NCBI GenBank assembly: GCA_012841525.1
Contig: DUUO01000005.1
Location: forward strand, 64,104-128,103
Direction of reading: 5' to 3'
DNA: 64,000 bases
Source of the DNA: Clostridiales bacterium
GTDB taxonomy: Bacteria; Bacillota; Clostridia; Christensenellales; DTU072
Shown: positions 49,526 to 61,121 of the stretch, piece after piece
Position numbering within the stretch: position 1 is the stretch's first letter
How the letters are laid out: each line of letters begins with the position of its first letter
Made by a program: the position numbers and the translations under genes
The notes under the pieces: model-generated
The model's input: the letters and a program-made list of their open reading frames with translations, nothing else
Told to the model about the DNA's origin: nothing
Databases searched by the model: none

Positions 49526-52057
49526 ATGTTATCATATACAAAAGATGTTCAAAAAGCATTAAGCATAGCAGAAGGTATTGCTAGTTCATACAATGAAAAG
49601 ATTAATACTGACCATATACTTTATGGTCTTGCAAGTGTGGACGGTTCATATGCTCAGGCTATTTTAAAAAAATTAAATATTTCACCTTTGTTTATAAAAA
49701 AACAAATTGACTCTAATCCTAGTAGGGTAATTACTGATTCAATTTCATTTACCAACAATGCAACAAATGCATTAAATTACGCAAGCTCTATGGCAAATAG
49801 ATTTAGACAAAAATCATTTGATACACACCATCTATTACTTGCTATTGCAACAGAAAAAAACACCAATGCTTCAAATATTTTAAAATCAGCAGGAGTTACT
49901 TATAATACAATTCAAAGTTTAACCGAAGAATATTTAAAAAATGACTCAATAAATTCCGATAGGGATGATATTTCAATTGAGGACATATTTAATAATTTTT
50001 TCAGTGATATGAGTTTTCCAAATATTGGCTTTTCATCCAGTGGATTTAGGCGTCCTGAACGTCCTGAAAATAGATTTAATCCAAGAAATGAAGCAAATGC
50101 TACTCAAAAAAACAATAGCCCTCTTGATGACTTTGGAGAAGATTTAACAAGCTTAGCAGAAAAAGGAGAAATTGACCCAGTAATTGGACGTGAAGATGAA
50201 ATTAAAAGAGTAATTCAGATTATGTCTAGAAGAAAAAAGAATAATCCAATTTTAATAGGAGAACCTGGAGTAGGTAAAACAGCAATAGTCAATGGGCTTG
50301 CTTTAGCAATAGTTAATAATGAAGTTCCTGAGATGTTAAAAAATAAAAGAATTTTCAGCTTGAATATGAGCACAATGGTCGCTGGAACTAAATACCGTGG
50401 AGACTTTGAAGAAAGATTAAAAAATGCTATTGAATCGCTAAAAGATGGCAAAACATTACTTTTTATTGACGAAATTCACACCATTGTAAATGCAGGAAGT
50501 TCTGAGGGTGGAACTACCGCAGCAAATATATTAAAACCAATATTAACAACTGGAGCATTTCCAATTATAGGAGCGACAACAATTGATGAATATAGAAAAT
50601 ATATAGAATCTGATCCTGCTTTAGAAAGAAGATTTCAAACAGTTATGATAAATCCTCCAAGTGTTGAAGATACTATTGAAATTTTAAAAGGCTTAAGAAA
50701 AGAATATGAAAAACATCATAAAGTTGCAATTAGCGATGAGGCTTTAGTCGCTGCTGCAAAATTGTCTGATAGATATATTATGGATCGCTTTTTGCCAGAC
50801 AAAGCAATCGATATCATAGATGAAGCATGCAGTAAAATGGTCAATGAAGAATTTACAAGCCCAGATAAGCTTAAAAACCTAGAAGATAAAGTTAAAAATT
50901 TAGAAAAAGAGATTGAAAATGCAGTTTTGAAAGAAGAATATAAAAATGCTTATGATTTACAAGTAGAAAAGAAAAAAACAACGGCTAAATTAGATGAATT
51001 AAAGAAAGAATGGAGTCAAAAAGCATCAAAAAAACTCATTTTATCAGCAGAAGATATTGCAAGTATTGTTTCCGAATGGTCAGGCATTCCTGTTACTAGC
51101 CTAACAGAAGAAGAAACAGAAAAATTAAAAAGATTAGAATCAGATTTAAAAAAATATGTTATTGGGCAAGATGAAGCAATTGCTTCAGTTGCAAACGCTG
51201 TAAAAAGAGCAAGATCTGGAATTAAAGATCCCAATAAGCCAATAGGCTCATTTATATTTTTAGGGCCTACAGGCGTTGGAAAGACCGAATTAAGTAAGGC
51301 TTTATCAAAAACTGTTTTTGGCGATGAAAACTTTATGATCAGACTTGATATGAGCGAATATATGGATAAAATTAATGTATCAAAGCTAATTGGTGCTGCA
51401 CCTGGATATGTTGGCTATGATGAAGGTGGACAATTAACTGAACAAGTTAGAAGAAAACCATATAGTGTTGTTTTGTTTGATGAAATTGAAAAAGCACACC
51501 CTGATGTTTTTAATATACTATTACAAATATTAGATGATGGTAGATTAACAGACAGTAAAGGTAGGGTGGTATCATTTAAAAATACTATTATAATTATGAC
51601 TTCTAATATTGGTGCTTCTTCTTTATCAAGCACAAAAAAAGTAGGCTTTGGCGAAACTACTCAAAAGGCAAGTTTTGAACAATTAAAACAAAAACAATTA
51701 GAAGAACTTAAAAAAACAATGAAGCCTGAGTTTATAAATAGAATTGATGAAATAATCTTTTTTGATAGTTTATCTAAAGAATCTTTAGAGAAAATCATCG
51801 ACATTTTATTCGAAAACTTAAAAAATACAGTAAAACAAAAAAATATTGAAATATCCTTTGACAATAGTGTTAAAGATTTAATATTAAAAGAAGGAACAAA
51901 TGAAGAATATGGTGCAAGACCATTAAAACGAGCCATAACTAAGTATATAGAAAATCCATTAAGCGATGCAATAATAAATTCTGAAGTAAAAGAAAACACT
52001 AAAATTATAGCTTATGTAAAAGATAATAAGGTTAAATTCAAAACAGAAAAAAAATAA
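49526..52057 (+). CDS. clpC: Clp ATPase, ClpC-type (two AAA+ modules)
   Basis: Two Clp_N repeats, Walker A GEPGVGKTA and GPTGVGKTE, short UVR-like middle region, ClpP-docking VGF loop. AAGGAGG RBS. Confidence 0.9.
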   Translation: MLSYTKDVQKALSIAEGIASSYNEKINTDHILYGLASVDGSYAQAILKKLNISPLFIKKQIDSNPSRVITDSISFTNNATNALNYASSMANRFRQKSFDTHHLLLAIATEKNTNASNILKSAGVTYNTIQSLTEEYLKNDSINSDRDDISIEDIFNNFFSDMSFPNIGFSSSGFRRPERPENRFNPRNEANATQKNNSPLDDFGEDLTSLAEKGEIDPVIGREDEIKRVIQIMSRRKKNNPILIGEPGVGKTAIVNGLALAIVNNEVPEMLKNKRIFSLNMSTMVAGTKYRGDFEERLKNAIESLKDGKTLLFIDEIHTIVNAGSSEGGTTAANILKPILTTGAFPIIGATTIDEYRKYIESDPALERRFQTVMINPPSVEDTIEILKGLRKEYEKHHKVAISDEALVAAAKLSDRYIMDRFLPDKAIDIIDEACSKMVNEEFTSPDKLKNLEDKVKNLEKEIENAVLKEEYKNAYDLQVEKKKTTAKLDELKKEWSQKASKKLILSAEDIASIVSEWSGIPVTSLTEEETEKLKRLESDLKKYVIGQDEAIASVANAVKRARSGIKDPNKPIGSFIFLGPTGVGKTELSKALSKTVFGDENFMIRLDMSEYMDKINVSKLIGAAPGYVGYDEGGQLTEQVRRKPYSVVLFDEIEKAHPDVFNILLQILDDGRLTDSKGRVVSFKNTIIIMTSNIGASSLSSTKKVGFGETTQKASFEQLKQKQLEELKKTMKPEFINRIDEIIFFDSLSKESLEKIIDILFENLKNTVKQKNIEISFDNSVKDLILKEGTNEEYGARPLKRAITKYIENPLSDAIINSEVKENTKIIAYVKDNKVKFKTEKK

Positions 52058-52193
52058 ACATATTTTTGAAACTTGTATATAAAAATAAAATTTAATATAA
52101 TTTGTTTAATGATACATATTAAGAAATATAGCTATATGTTAAGCAATTAAAAAATAAAAAACTATAAATAAAAACATAAAAAAGAGGGATAAA

Positions 52194-52739
52194 ATGAATT
52201 TAGAAATTACACAAAAAAACTATAACGCAAATCAAAGATTTATCAAAGTATTAGAATCAAAGCTTTCAAAGTTTGAAAAATTATTGGATGAAAACGATAA
52301 AATCAAAGTTACATTAATTAAAGAAGGCTCTAATAACTACACAATGGAAATTAGCATATCAATCAAAAACAAAATTGTTAAAGCAGCTGTTACTAGTTTT
52401 AATATGTGGGATAATATTGATTTAGTCTTACCAAAAATAGAACGACAAATTAGTAAAACATCTGAAAAGTCTGAAAGAAAAAATGTTGATTTTCATGCTA
52501 CTTACCCCAAAAAAGAACAAGTTAAAGAACATGTAATTGAAAAAAAATCTAAAGCATCTGATAAAATAGTAAAAGAAAAAAAATTCTCAGTATCAATTAT
52601 TACTGCAAATCAAGCAATTGAAGAAATGGAGATGCTTGATCATAGTTTTTATATATTTATAAATGCAGAAAACAATAAAGTTTCAGTTATATATAAAAGA
52701 TTTGATGGAAATTATGGTTTAATTACACCAGAATATTAA
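52194..52739 (+). CDS. hpf: Ribosome hibernation-promoting factor, long form
   Basis: N-terminal RaiA/YfiA-like domain, Lys-rich linker, C-terminal dimerisation domain (...AIEEMEMLDHSFYIFINAENNKVSVIYKRFDGNYGLI). Confidence 0.85.
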   Translation: MNLEITQKNYNANQRFIKVLESKLSKFEKLLDENDKIKVTLIKEGSNNYTMEISISIKNKIVKAAVTSFNMWDNIDLVLPKIERQISKTSEKSERKNVDFHATYPKKEQVKEHVIEKKSKASDKIVKEKKFSVSIITANQAIEEMEMLDHSFYIFINAENNKVSVIYKRFDGNYGLITPEY

Positions 52740-52740
52740 A

Positions 52741-53556
52741 ATGCAATTAGGTATATCAACAGCTTCTTTTTTTAGTAAATACACGACAGAAGACACTTTC
52801 CAAATTATTAGCGACTTGGGGTTAAATGTTTGTGAATTATTTTTAACAACAAAATATGAATATAATCCTAAATTTATTGATTTGATTGTTGAAAAATCTA
52901 ACTTATTTAATATTGATATCTATAGTTTGCATGCATTGGGTACGCAGTTTGAACCCGAGCTTTTTAATAAAGTTAAAAGAACATTTGATGATGCTTTAGA
53001 ATACTTTAAATTAATAGCAAATGCTGCAAAAAAAACACAAGCAAAATATTACACATTTCATGGTCCAATGAAATTAAAAAAAAAGACATACCATCTTGAT
53101 TATCAATATTTAGGTGAAAGAATTACATTATTAAATAATATAATCAAAGACATAACCTTAAATAAATGTGAAATAGCATATGAAAATGTTCATTGGACAT
53201 ATTTTGATAATCCCAATTTTTATACAACGCTTAGAAAAAATTGTAACGTAAGTTGTTGTTTGGACATTAAACAAGCATTTCAATCAAAAATATCTGTTTA
53301 TGACTATATTGAAAGCATGAAAGATGGCTTAAAAAACATACATATTTGTGATTATAATGACGATGGAGAATTAAAATTACCTGGTGAAGGTATTTTCGAT
53401 TTTGTTTCTTTCTTTGAATTTTTATACTCAATTCAATACAAAGGACCCATTATTTTAGAGTTATATGCATACAATTATTCTAATATCAATGAAATTGGAA
53501 AAAGTTTGGAATATCTCAAAAAATGTCTAGAAATAGCAGGCAAAAATTATAAATAA
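52741..53556 (+). CDS. Sugar-phosphate isomerase/epimerase, xylose-isomerase-like TIM barrel family
   Basis: About 270 aa. Pattern ...YTFHGP..., AYENVHW, HICD..., ILELY is typical of AP_endonuc_2/TIM-barrel proteins. Specific activity unknown. Confidence 0.65.
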   Translation: MQLGISTASFFSKYTTEDTFQIISDLGLNVCELFLTTKYEYNPKFIDLIVEKSNLFNIDIYSLHALGTQFEPELFNKVKRTFDDALEYFKLIANAAKKTQAKYYTFHGPMKLKKKTYHLDYQYLGERITLLNNIIKDITLNKCEIAYENVHWTYFDNPNFYTTLRKNCNVSCCLDIKQAFQSKISVYDYIESMKDGLKNIHICDYNDDGELKLPGEGIFDFVSFFEFLYSIQYKGPIILELYAYNYSNINEIGKSLEYLKKCLEIAGKNYK

Positions 53557-53584
53557 AATAAAACAAAAAATTAGGAGATAAATT

Positions 53585-54988
53585 ATGAAAGAATATAAAT
53601 CATTAGTTTTTGATTATAATAACATGATGAAAGATTTTGTAGGTGAAAAAGAAGGTTTTTCAGAAAAAGAATTAAAAAACAATTTCGATATAGCAGTTAA
53701 TGCACATAAAACCTTTGAAGAAAATAGGGGTTTAAATATGCTAGGATGGACAGAGCTCCCTTACAATCAAAAAGGTATTGTAAAGCACATCAAAACAGTT
53801 GCAAAAAGAATACGTAAAGCCGATGCATTTGTGGTATTAGGAATTGGCGGATCAGCATTAGGCACAAATGCATTATTTAAATCACTATGCCACTTACATC
53901 ATAATGAACTTAAAAAATCTAAACGCAAAGCACCTAAACTATATGTTGAAGATAATATCGATCCAGTTAGAATGAAGGAATTGCTAGATGTATTAGATTT
54001 AGATAAAACTATTTTCAATGTCATTAGTAAAAGTGGTTCAACGTCTGAAACAATGAGTCAATTTTTAATTATATATAAAATGTTGAAAGACTTATATGGC
54101 GAAAATGCAAAAGATCATATTATTGCAACAACTGATGAGAAAAATGGAAATCTTATCAAAATAGCTAAAGAAGAAGATTTAGAAACATTTTTTATTCCTG
54201 ATGGAGTAGGAGGTAGATTTTCAGTTATTAGTCCTGTAGGGCTTTTGCCCGCTGCAGTTTTAGGAATTGATATTAATGAATTGTTAAAAGGTTGCATACA
54301 TATGGATAAAATGTGTAGAAAACCTAACCTCAAAAATCCTGCATTAATTTTTGGGTTATTGCAATATTTATCAATGCAAAAAGGTAAAAATATAAGTGTT
54401 ATTATGCCTTATTCTGATAATTTAAAACTTATTGCAGATTGGTATTGTCAGCTATGGGCAGAAAGTCTTGGAAAAAAACTTGACCTTAAAAACAACATAG
54501 TTCATACTGGTCAAACTCCAGTTGGAGCTCTAGGAGTAACTGATCAACATAGCCAAATTCAATTATATACTGAAGGGCCATTTGATAAAGTAATTACCTT
54601 AATTGGAGTGAAAAATTTTAAGGAAACTGTAGAAATACCGCATATGTTTTCTGAATATCCATCTGTTAATTTTTTATCTGGAAACACATTAAATGATTTA
54701 ATTACAAATGAAAGAATCGCTACTGAATATGCTTTAACAAAAAATCAAAGATTAAATAATTCTATTGTTTTAGAAGAAATTAATGCACATACAATTGGGC
54801 AATTGCTTATGTTTTTCATGATACAAACTGCATATGTTGGTGCAATGTTAAATATTGACACATTTAATCAACCAGGAGTTGAAGAAGGTAAAAATGCAAC
54901 TTATGCATTGTTTGGAAGAAAGGGATATGAAAGCAAATTAGAAGAATTAAAATCAGCAAAACAAAAAAGCGATAAATATATAATTTAA
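53585..54988 (+). CDS. pgi: Glucose-6-phosphate isomerase
   Basis: VVLGIGGSALG, ISKSGSTSET, DGVGGRFSVISPVGLLPAA, GALGVTDQHSQIQLYTEGP motifs. Confidence 0.92.
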   Translation: MKEYKSLVFDYNNMMKDFVGEKEGFSEKELKNNFDIAVNAHKTFEENRGLNMLGWTELPYNQKGIVKHIKTVAKRIRKADAFVVLGIGGSALGTNALFKSLCHLHHNELKKSKRKAPKLYVEDNIDPVRMKELLDVLDLDKTIFNVISKSGSTSETMSQFLIIYKMLKDLYGENAKDHIIATTDEKNGNLIKIAKEEDLETFFIPDGVGGRFSVISPVGLLPAAVLGIDINELLKGCIHMDKMCRKPNLKNPALIFGLLQYLSMQKGKNISVIMPYSDNLKLIADWYCQLWAESLGKKLDLKNNIVHTGQTPVGALGVTDQHSQIQLYTEGPFDKVITLIGVKNFKETVEIPHMFSEYPSVNFLSGNTLNDLITNERIATEYALTKNQRLNNSIVLEEINAHTIGQLLMFFMIQTAYVGAMLNIDTFNQPGVEEGKNATYALFGRKGYESKLEELKSAKQKSDKYII

Positions 54989-55073
54989 ATATTGATTTAT
55001 ATGAATTTAATATCAACAAAACAAAAAAACGATAAGTAATAATTTACATATTGATTTAAATGGATTTAATAAT
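54957..55073. repeat. About 57-60 bp tandem duplication covering the last codons of pgi plus downstream sequence
   Basis: Copy 1 starts at 54957 (caaaacaaaaaagcgataaatatataatttaaatattgatttatatgaatttaata). Copy 2 starts at 55017 (caaaacaaaaaaacgataagtaataatttacatattgatttaaatggatttaata). They differ by 5 substitutions and a 1-nt indel. Confidence 0.85.
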
Positions 55074-55115
55074 ATGTCTTTTTTCTAATCAAGAGATATA
55101 AAATGGTAACATTAT

Positions 55116-56156
55116 ATGAAAATAATATTAAAAAACATCGATTACACATATAGATATGGTGATACAGCAATAAGTAATTTATCATTAAATGTTGATAATA
55201 ATGAAAATGTTGCTATTTTAGGGTTTGAAAAAAGTGGAAAAACAACTTTACTCAAGATCATCGCTAGACTATTAGTTCAAAGTAAGGGCGAAGTTATTAT
55301 AAATAATAAAAACTATAACGATAAAACTGCTAAAATAGAAAACATGCAAATGGTTTTTTCTCATGGTGGCTTTTTTAAACATAAAACCTTTAAGGGTAAC
55401 ATTTCATATGGATTAAGCAAACAAAAGTTTGAAAAAGATAAAATAAAAGAACTTTTATATCACCCATTTAATTCTTTGTGCATATCTTCATATCCAACTC
55501 TTGGATTTTCTTTTGATAATGAAGAAATAGTAAAGTTAAATATGGAACGCATTTTTCATAGAAAGGCAGATATATTGCTTATAGATAATATTTTTAATTT
55601 ATTAAATGTTGAAAACAGATTTGAAATATTTTTACAATATCTTGATTTATTCCAAAACAATTTACAAACTTTAATATTTGCAACAAATTCTATCGATGAA
55701 GCATTTATGATATCAAACAAAGTTTATTATATTGAACAAGGGCAAATTATAGATATAATTACCAATGAGGATTGTGATAAATTTACCAATAGCTTTAAAT
55801 TGTTAAAGTCATTAAATCCTTTCATAAATGAAATTTTGTTAAATTATGAAGATAAAAATATCATTGCAGCGTTTAATTTGTCTTTAGAAAATAAAAATAT
55901 TAATTGTGTTGAATTATGTGAAATTACTAATATTCAAGATTTTGAAAATAAAAATAATCTTTTCTTTTGTAAAAATAAAAAAATTGTTAAAACAGATTAT
56001 GGATTTTTGAAAATTGAAGATATAAATCAAATAAAAAAACATAGTAAAATTTATGTTTCAAATGTAGCATTTTATGATTATTATAGTGGATTACGCATTA
56101 ACGACACTTCTGAGTTATTAAATAAATTTTACGATAAAATGCAGATTAAGTCTTAA
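55116..56156 (+). CDS. Orphan ABC-ATPase-like protein with degenerate catalytic motifs plus an unassigned ~130-aa C-terminal domain
   Basis: Walker A retained (GFEKSGKTT). The signature position reads FSFDN instead of LSGGQ. Walker B is ILLIDNI (catalytic Glu to Asn). The H-loop position reads ATNS (His to Asn). No permease or binding-protein gene adjacent and no clear RBS. Confidence 0.6.
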   Translation: MKIILKNIDYTYRYGDTAISNLSLNVDNNENVAILGFEKSGKTTLLKIIARLLVQSKGEVIINNKNYNDKTAKIENMQMVFSHGGFFKHKTFKGNISYGLSKQKFEKDKIKELLYHPFNSLCISSYPTLGFSFDNEEIVKLNMERIFHRKADILLIDNIFNLLNVENRFEIFLQYLDLFQNNLQTLIFATNSIDEAFMISNKVYYIEQGQIIDIITNEDCDKFTNSFKLLKSLNPFINEILLNYEDKNIIAAFNLSLENKNINCVELCEITNIQDFENKNNLFFCKNKKIVKTDYGFLKIEDINQIKKHSKIYVSNVAFYDYYSGLRINDTSELLNKFYDKMQIKS

Positions 56157-56198
56157 TTAATATAATATTATGATATAATCTACTTCGGTGAGGAAAAA

Positions 56199-56675
56199 AT
56201 GAGAATAATTGGCATTGACCCAGGTTATGGAATTTTGGGATTTGGTGTAATAGACTATGAAAAAAATAAACATACCTTGGTAGATTACGGAGTAATTAAA
56301 ACATCGAAAGACTTGGCTTTTCCTGATAGATTACTACATATTGGGAAAAGATTAAATGAGTTATTAAATATTTATAAACCCGATGAAATGGCAGTTGAAG
56401 AGTTGTTTTTTCATAAAAATGCAAAAACTGCAATGTTTGTAGCACAAGCACGTGGAGTAATATTGTATGTAGCAAGGGAGCATGATATTCCTTTATATGA
56501 ATATACTCCATTACAAATAAAACAAGGACTTGTTGGTTATGGAAGAGCAGAAAAAATTCAAATTCAACAAATGGTAAAAATATTTTTAAATTTGCAAAAA
56601 ATTCCAAAACCTGATGATGCTGCCGATGCTTTGGCTGTTGCAATAACTCACTCTAATACAAAAAGATATATTTAA
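56199..56675 (+). CDS. ruvC: Holliday junction resolvase RuvC
   Basis: IGIDPGYGILGFGVI, AVEELFF, PDDAADALAVAITH. GGTGAGGA RBS. Confidence 0.9.
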   Translation: MRIIGIDPGYGILGFGVIDYEKNKHTLVDYGVIKTSKDLAFPDRLLHIGKRLNELLNIYKPDEMAVEELFFHKNAKTAMFVAQARGVILYVAREHDIPLYEYTPLQIKQGLVGYGRAEKIQIQQMVKIFLNLQKIPKPDDAADALAVAITHSNTKRYI

Positions 56676-56764
56676 CAAATTAAACAAGTAATGTTAATTT
56701 ATACTAAATTATTTTAATATTAAATGTTTATTTAAAACAATAATTTTATTTTTTGAGGAATTAA

Positions 56765-57355
56765 ATGATTGGAAAGATAACAGGATATTATGTTGGTTTA
56801 GAAAATAATGGTAATGTTATAATTGATGTTAATGGCGTTGGTTTTAGCATTAGCGTTAGTGATTTTACAAAAGCAGAACTAATGGGTGATGATTTGAAAA
56901 TCTCTTTATATACTTATATGCATGTGAGAGAGAATGAAATATCACTTTTCGGTTTTATTTCAAAATCTGAAAAAGAAATGTTTGAAAAATTAATAAATAT
57001 TTCTGGTATTGGCCCAAAGGTTGCTTTAAGCATTCTTTCTGGTCTTTCTTTAGAACATTTAGTTACTGCAATAATTACAGAAAATACGAAAGCTTTATCC
57101 AACATTAAAGGAATAGGGAAAAAAACTGCAGAAAGAATGGTATTAGAATTGAAAGAATCACTAGCAAAAGAGAATTTAATTGTTATTGATGAAAAAACCA
57201 CTGAACAAAACTCAATAAAAAGCGATGCTATATTGGCATTAACATCATTGGGTATCGATCATAATGATGCTTATGCTGCAGTTCAAAACAATTTTGATCC
57301 AGAATATGATTTAGAAAAATTGATTTTTTTAGCATTAAAATCATTAAATAAATAG
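56765..57355 (+). CDS. ruvA: Holliday junction branch migration protein RuvA
   Basis: MIGKITG..., paired HhH motifs (ISGIGPKVALSIL, IKGIGKKTAERMVLEL), C-terminal domain III. Confidence 0.9.
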   Translation: MIGKITGYYVGLENNGNVIIDVNGVGFSISVSDFTKAELMGDDLKISLYTYMHVRENEISLFGFISKSEKEMFEKLINISGIGPKVALSILSGLSLEHLVTAIITENTKALSNIKGIGKKTAERMVLELKESLAKENLIVIDEKTTEQNSIKSDAILALTSLGIDHNDAYAAVQNNFDPEYDLEKLIFLALKSLNK

Positions 57356-57363
57356 AGGTATAA

Positions 57364-58398
57364 ATGAAAGAAGAAGATTCTAGAATAATTTCAGCTGCTA
57401 AATTAACAGAGGATGAACAAGATAATATATTAAGACCATTAAAATTAGAAGATTTTATTGGTCAAGATGACATAAAATCTAATCTTAATGTTTTTATACA
57501 AGCCGCTCTTAATAGAGGTGAAGCACTTGATCATATTTTACTATATGGTCCTCCAGGACTTGGTAAAACAACGCTTAGCCAAATAATTGCCAATGAATTA
57601 GGGGTAGAAATTAAAAAAGTTTCAGGTCCTGCTCTTAGCAATTTAGGTGAATTGGCATCAATTTTAACCTCTCTTAGCGAAAATTCTGTTTTATTTATTG
57701 ATGAAATTCATAGATTAAATGCTACATTAGAAGAAGCATTATATCCAGTTATGGAAGATTTTAAGTTTGATATGTTTATTGGAAAAGGTCCATCTGCTCG
57801 TTCTATAAGAATGAGCATTCCTAAATTCACTCTTATTGGAGCAACAACAAAAGCAGGGAACATTGCCTCACCATTACGCGATAGATTTGGAATAGATTTT
57901 CGACTCAATATTTATAATCATGATGATTTAGCAACAATAATAAGACGCTCTGCAAAAATATTAAAAATTAAAATAGATGACGATGCAGCAATTGAAATTG
58001 CTAAAAGGGCAAGAGGAACTCCTAGAATCGCAAATAGGTTATTAAAAAGAGTAAGAGACTTTGCAAGTTATAAAAAATTAGACAAAATAAATTTAGATAT
58101 TACCATATATGCTTTAGAGCAGTTAAATATCGATTTTTTAGGACTGGATCATGTAGATAAAAATATTTTAAAAACAATAATTGAAAAATTTGAAGGTGGT
58201 CCTGTCGGTTTAGATTCGATTGCTGCTTCAAGTGGAGAAGAAGCAAGGACTATAGAAGAGGTTTACGAGCCATATTTGTTACAACTAGGTTTTATTGCTA
58301 GGACACCCAGAGGAAGGGTGTGCTTAAAAAAAGCATATGATCATCTTGGGATCAAACAAGGACCAGAAAATCCAACTTTGTTTGATTGGTTAAAATAA
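57364..58398 (+). CDS. ruvB: Holliday junction DNA helicase RuvB
   Basis: [45 protein letters not shown]. Confidence 0.96.
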   Translation: MKEEDSRIISAAKLTEDEQDNILRPLKLEDFIGQDDIKSNLNVFIQAALNRGEALDHILLYGPPGLGKTTLSQIIANELGVEIKKVSGPALSNLGELASILTSLSENSVLFIDEIHRLNATLEEALYPVMEDFKFDMFIGKGPSARSIRMSIPKFTLIGATTKAGNIASPLRDRFGIDFRLNIYNHDDLATIIRRSAKILKIKIDDDAAIEIAKRARGTPRIANRLLKRVRDFASYKKLDKINLDITIYALEQLNIDFLGLDHVDKNILKTIIEKFEGGPVGLDSIAASSGEEARTIEEVYEPYLLQLGFIARTPRGRVCLKKAYDHLGIKQGPENPTLFDWLK

Positions 58399-58403
58399 GT
58401 TTT

Positions 58404-59429
58404 ATGGATAAATCAATTTTTTATTATAATTTGCCAAAAGAATTAATAGCGCAAACTCCATTGGAGCCTAGAGATAGTTCTGCACTTTTAGATTATAATT
58501 TAAGTACAGGTGAAATTTTAGACAAAAAATTTTATGAAATTATTGATGCTTTAAACGAAGAAGATGTTTTAGTGTTAAATAATACAAAAGTTATACCAGC
58601 AAGACTGTATTGTTATACAGAAAATAATACAAAAATAGAAGTATTGTTATTAAAACAAATTGATAAATTTTCTTGGGAAGTTTTAATGAAACCAGCAAGA
58701 AAAGCACATATAGGACAGCCTTTAAAGTTTTCTGATAGTTTATATGGTAAAGTAACTGATGTAGAAAAAGAACATGGATTAAGAATTATTAAATTTGAAT
58801 ATGAAGGTTCTTTTGAGGAAATAATAGATAAAATCGGCTATGCACCAATTCCACCATATATTGAAACGCCATTGGAGGACAAAACAAAATATCAAACTGT
58901 CTATGCAAAATATGAAGGTTCGGCGGCTGCTCCAACTGCTGGATTACATTTTACTGATGAACTTCTAAACAAAATTAAAGCAAAAAATATTAAAATAGTA
59001 GAAATATTACTCCATGTTGGACTTGGAACATTTAGGCCAGTTAAAACAACAAAAATTGAAGACCATGTTATGCACAAAGAATATGTAAAGATTACTAAAG
59101 AAGCAGCGCAAATTATTAATGATGCTAAAAGGAAAAAACAAAGAATAATTGCCGTCGGCACTACATCTGTTAGAGCTCTAGAAAGTTTTGCTGATGAAAA
59201 TGGGTTTTTAACCTTTGGAGAAAAAAACACCGATATTTTTATATATCCTCCATATAAATTTAAAATTGTTGATGCACTTATAACAAATTTTCATTTGCCA
59301 GAAAGTAGTTTGCTTATGCTTGTTTCATCATTAACTGGGATAGAAGAAATGAAAAAAATTTATGAGCATGCAATATCAAAAAAATATAGATTTTATAGCT
59401 TTGGTGATGCAATGTTTATTCATAAATAA
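58404..59429 (+). CDS. queA: S-adenosylmethionine:tRNA ribosyltransferase-isomerase QueA
   Basis: FYYNLPKELIAQTPLEPRDSS, PPYI, AAPTAGLHFT, VGTTSVRALES, FHLPESSLLMLVS. ATG 58404 is preferred over the track TTG 58386, which overlaps ruvB. Confidence 0.9.
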   Translation: MDKSIFYYNLPKELIAQTPLEPRDSSALLDYNLSTGEILDKKFYEIIDALNEEDVLVLNNTKVIPARLYCYTENNTKIEVLLLKQIDKFSWEVLMKPARKAHIGQPLKFSDSLYGKVTDVEKEHGLRIIKFEYEGSFEEIIDKIGYAPIPPYIETPLEDKTKYQTVYAKYEGSAAAPTAGLHFTDELLNKIKAKNIKIVEILLHVGLGTFRPVKTTKIEDHVMHKEYVKITKEAAQIINDAKRKKQRIIAVGTTSVRALESFADENGFLTFGEKNTDIFIYPPYKFKIVDALITNFHLPESSLLMLVSSLTGIEEMKKIYEHAISKKYRFYSFGDAMFIHK

Positions 59430-59512
59430 TAACAATGCCATAAATTTGTAAAATAATAACATAATAAACATTTAACTAATATTAACATTAAAGACTCTTA
59501 GAAAAGGATTAA

Positions 59513-60652
<1,140 letters not shown>

Positions 60653-60848
60653 AATATTTATTATCAAATATAAAAAAAATACTTGAATTTTATATATTAT
60701 AAAATTTGAATATTATGCAAAAAACAAGATAACACTGCTCAAATTACTTATATGTTAAAACGAATTATAATTCAAATAACTTTAAATACTTGTATTATTT
60801 GCAATTTATTGATATTATAAAAATATTAAATTTCAAAAGGGGTAGCTT

Positions 60849-61121
60849 ATGAATAATAATTGGGTAATGTTTGCAGTTTTAGGTGCATTTTTTATAATAA
60901 TGATTCTTATGACTGTAATTCCTAATAGAAAAAGAAAAAAGCAAACAAATGAAATGTTTGCAAGTTTAACGGTTGGAGATAAAATAATGACCGTTGGTGG
61001 CATAATTGGGACAATCGTAGCAATTGATTCAGACACAGATAGATACACAATTAATGTTGGAACAGTAGAAAGTGAATCATTGATGGTTATTGTTAAAGGT
61101 GCTATTAGACAAAGACTATAA
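60849..61121 (+). CDS. yajC: Preprotein translocase subunit YajC
   Basis: Single N-terminal TM helix, then RKRKKQ...LTVGDKIMTVGGIIGTIVAI. Conserved tgt-yajC-secD context. Confidence 0.85.
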   Translation: MNNNWVMFAVLGAFFIIMILMTVIPNRKRKKQTNEMFASLTVGDKIMTVGGIIGTIVAIDSDTDRYTINVGTVESESLMVIVKGAIRQRL

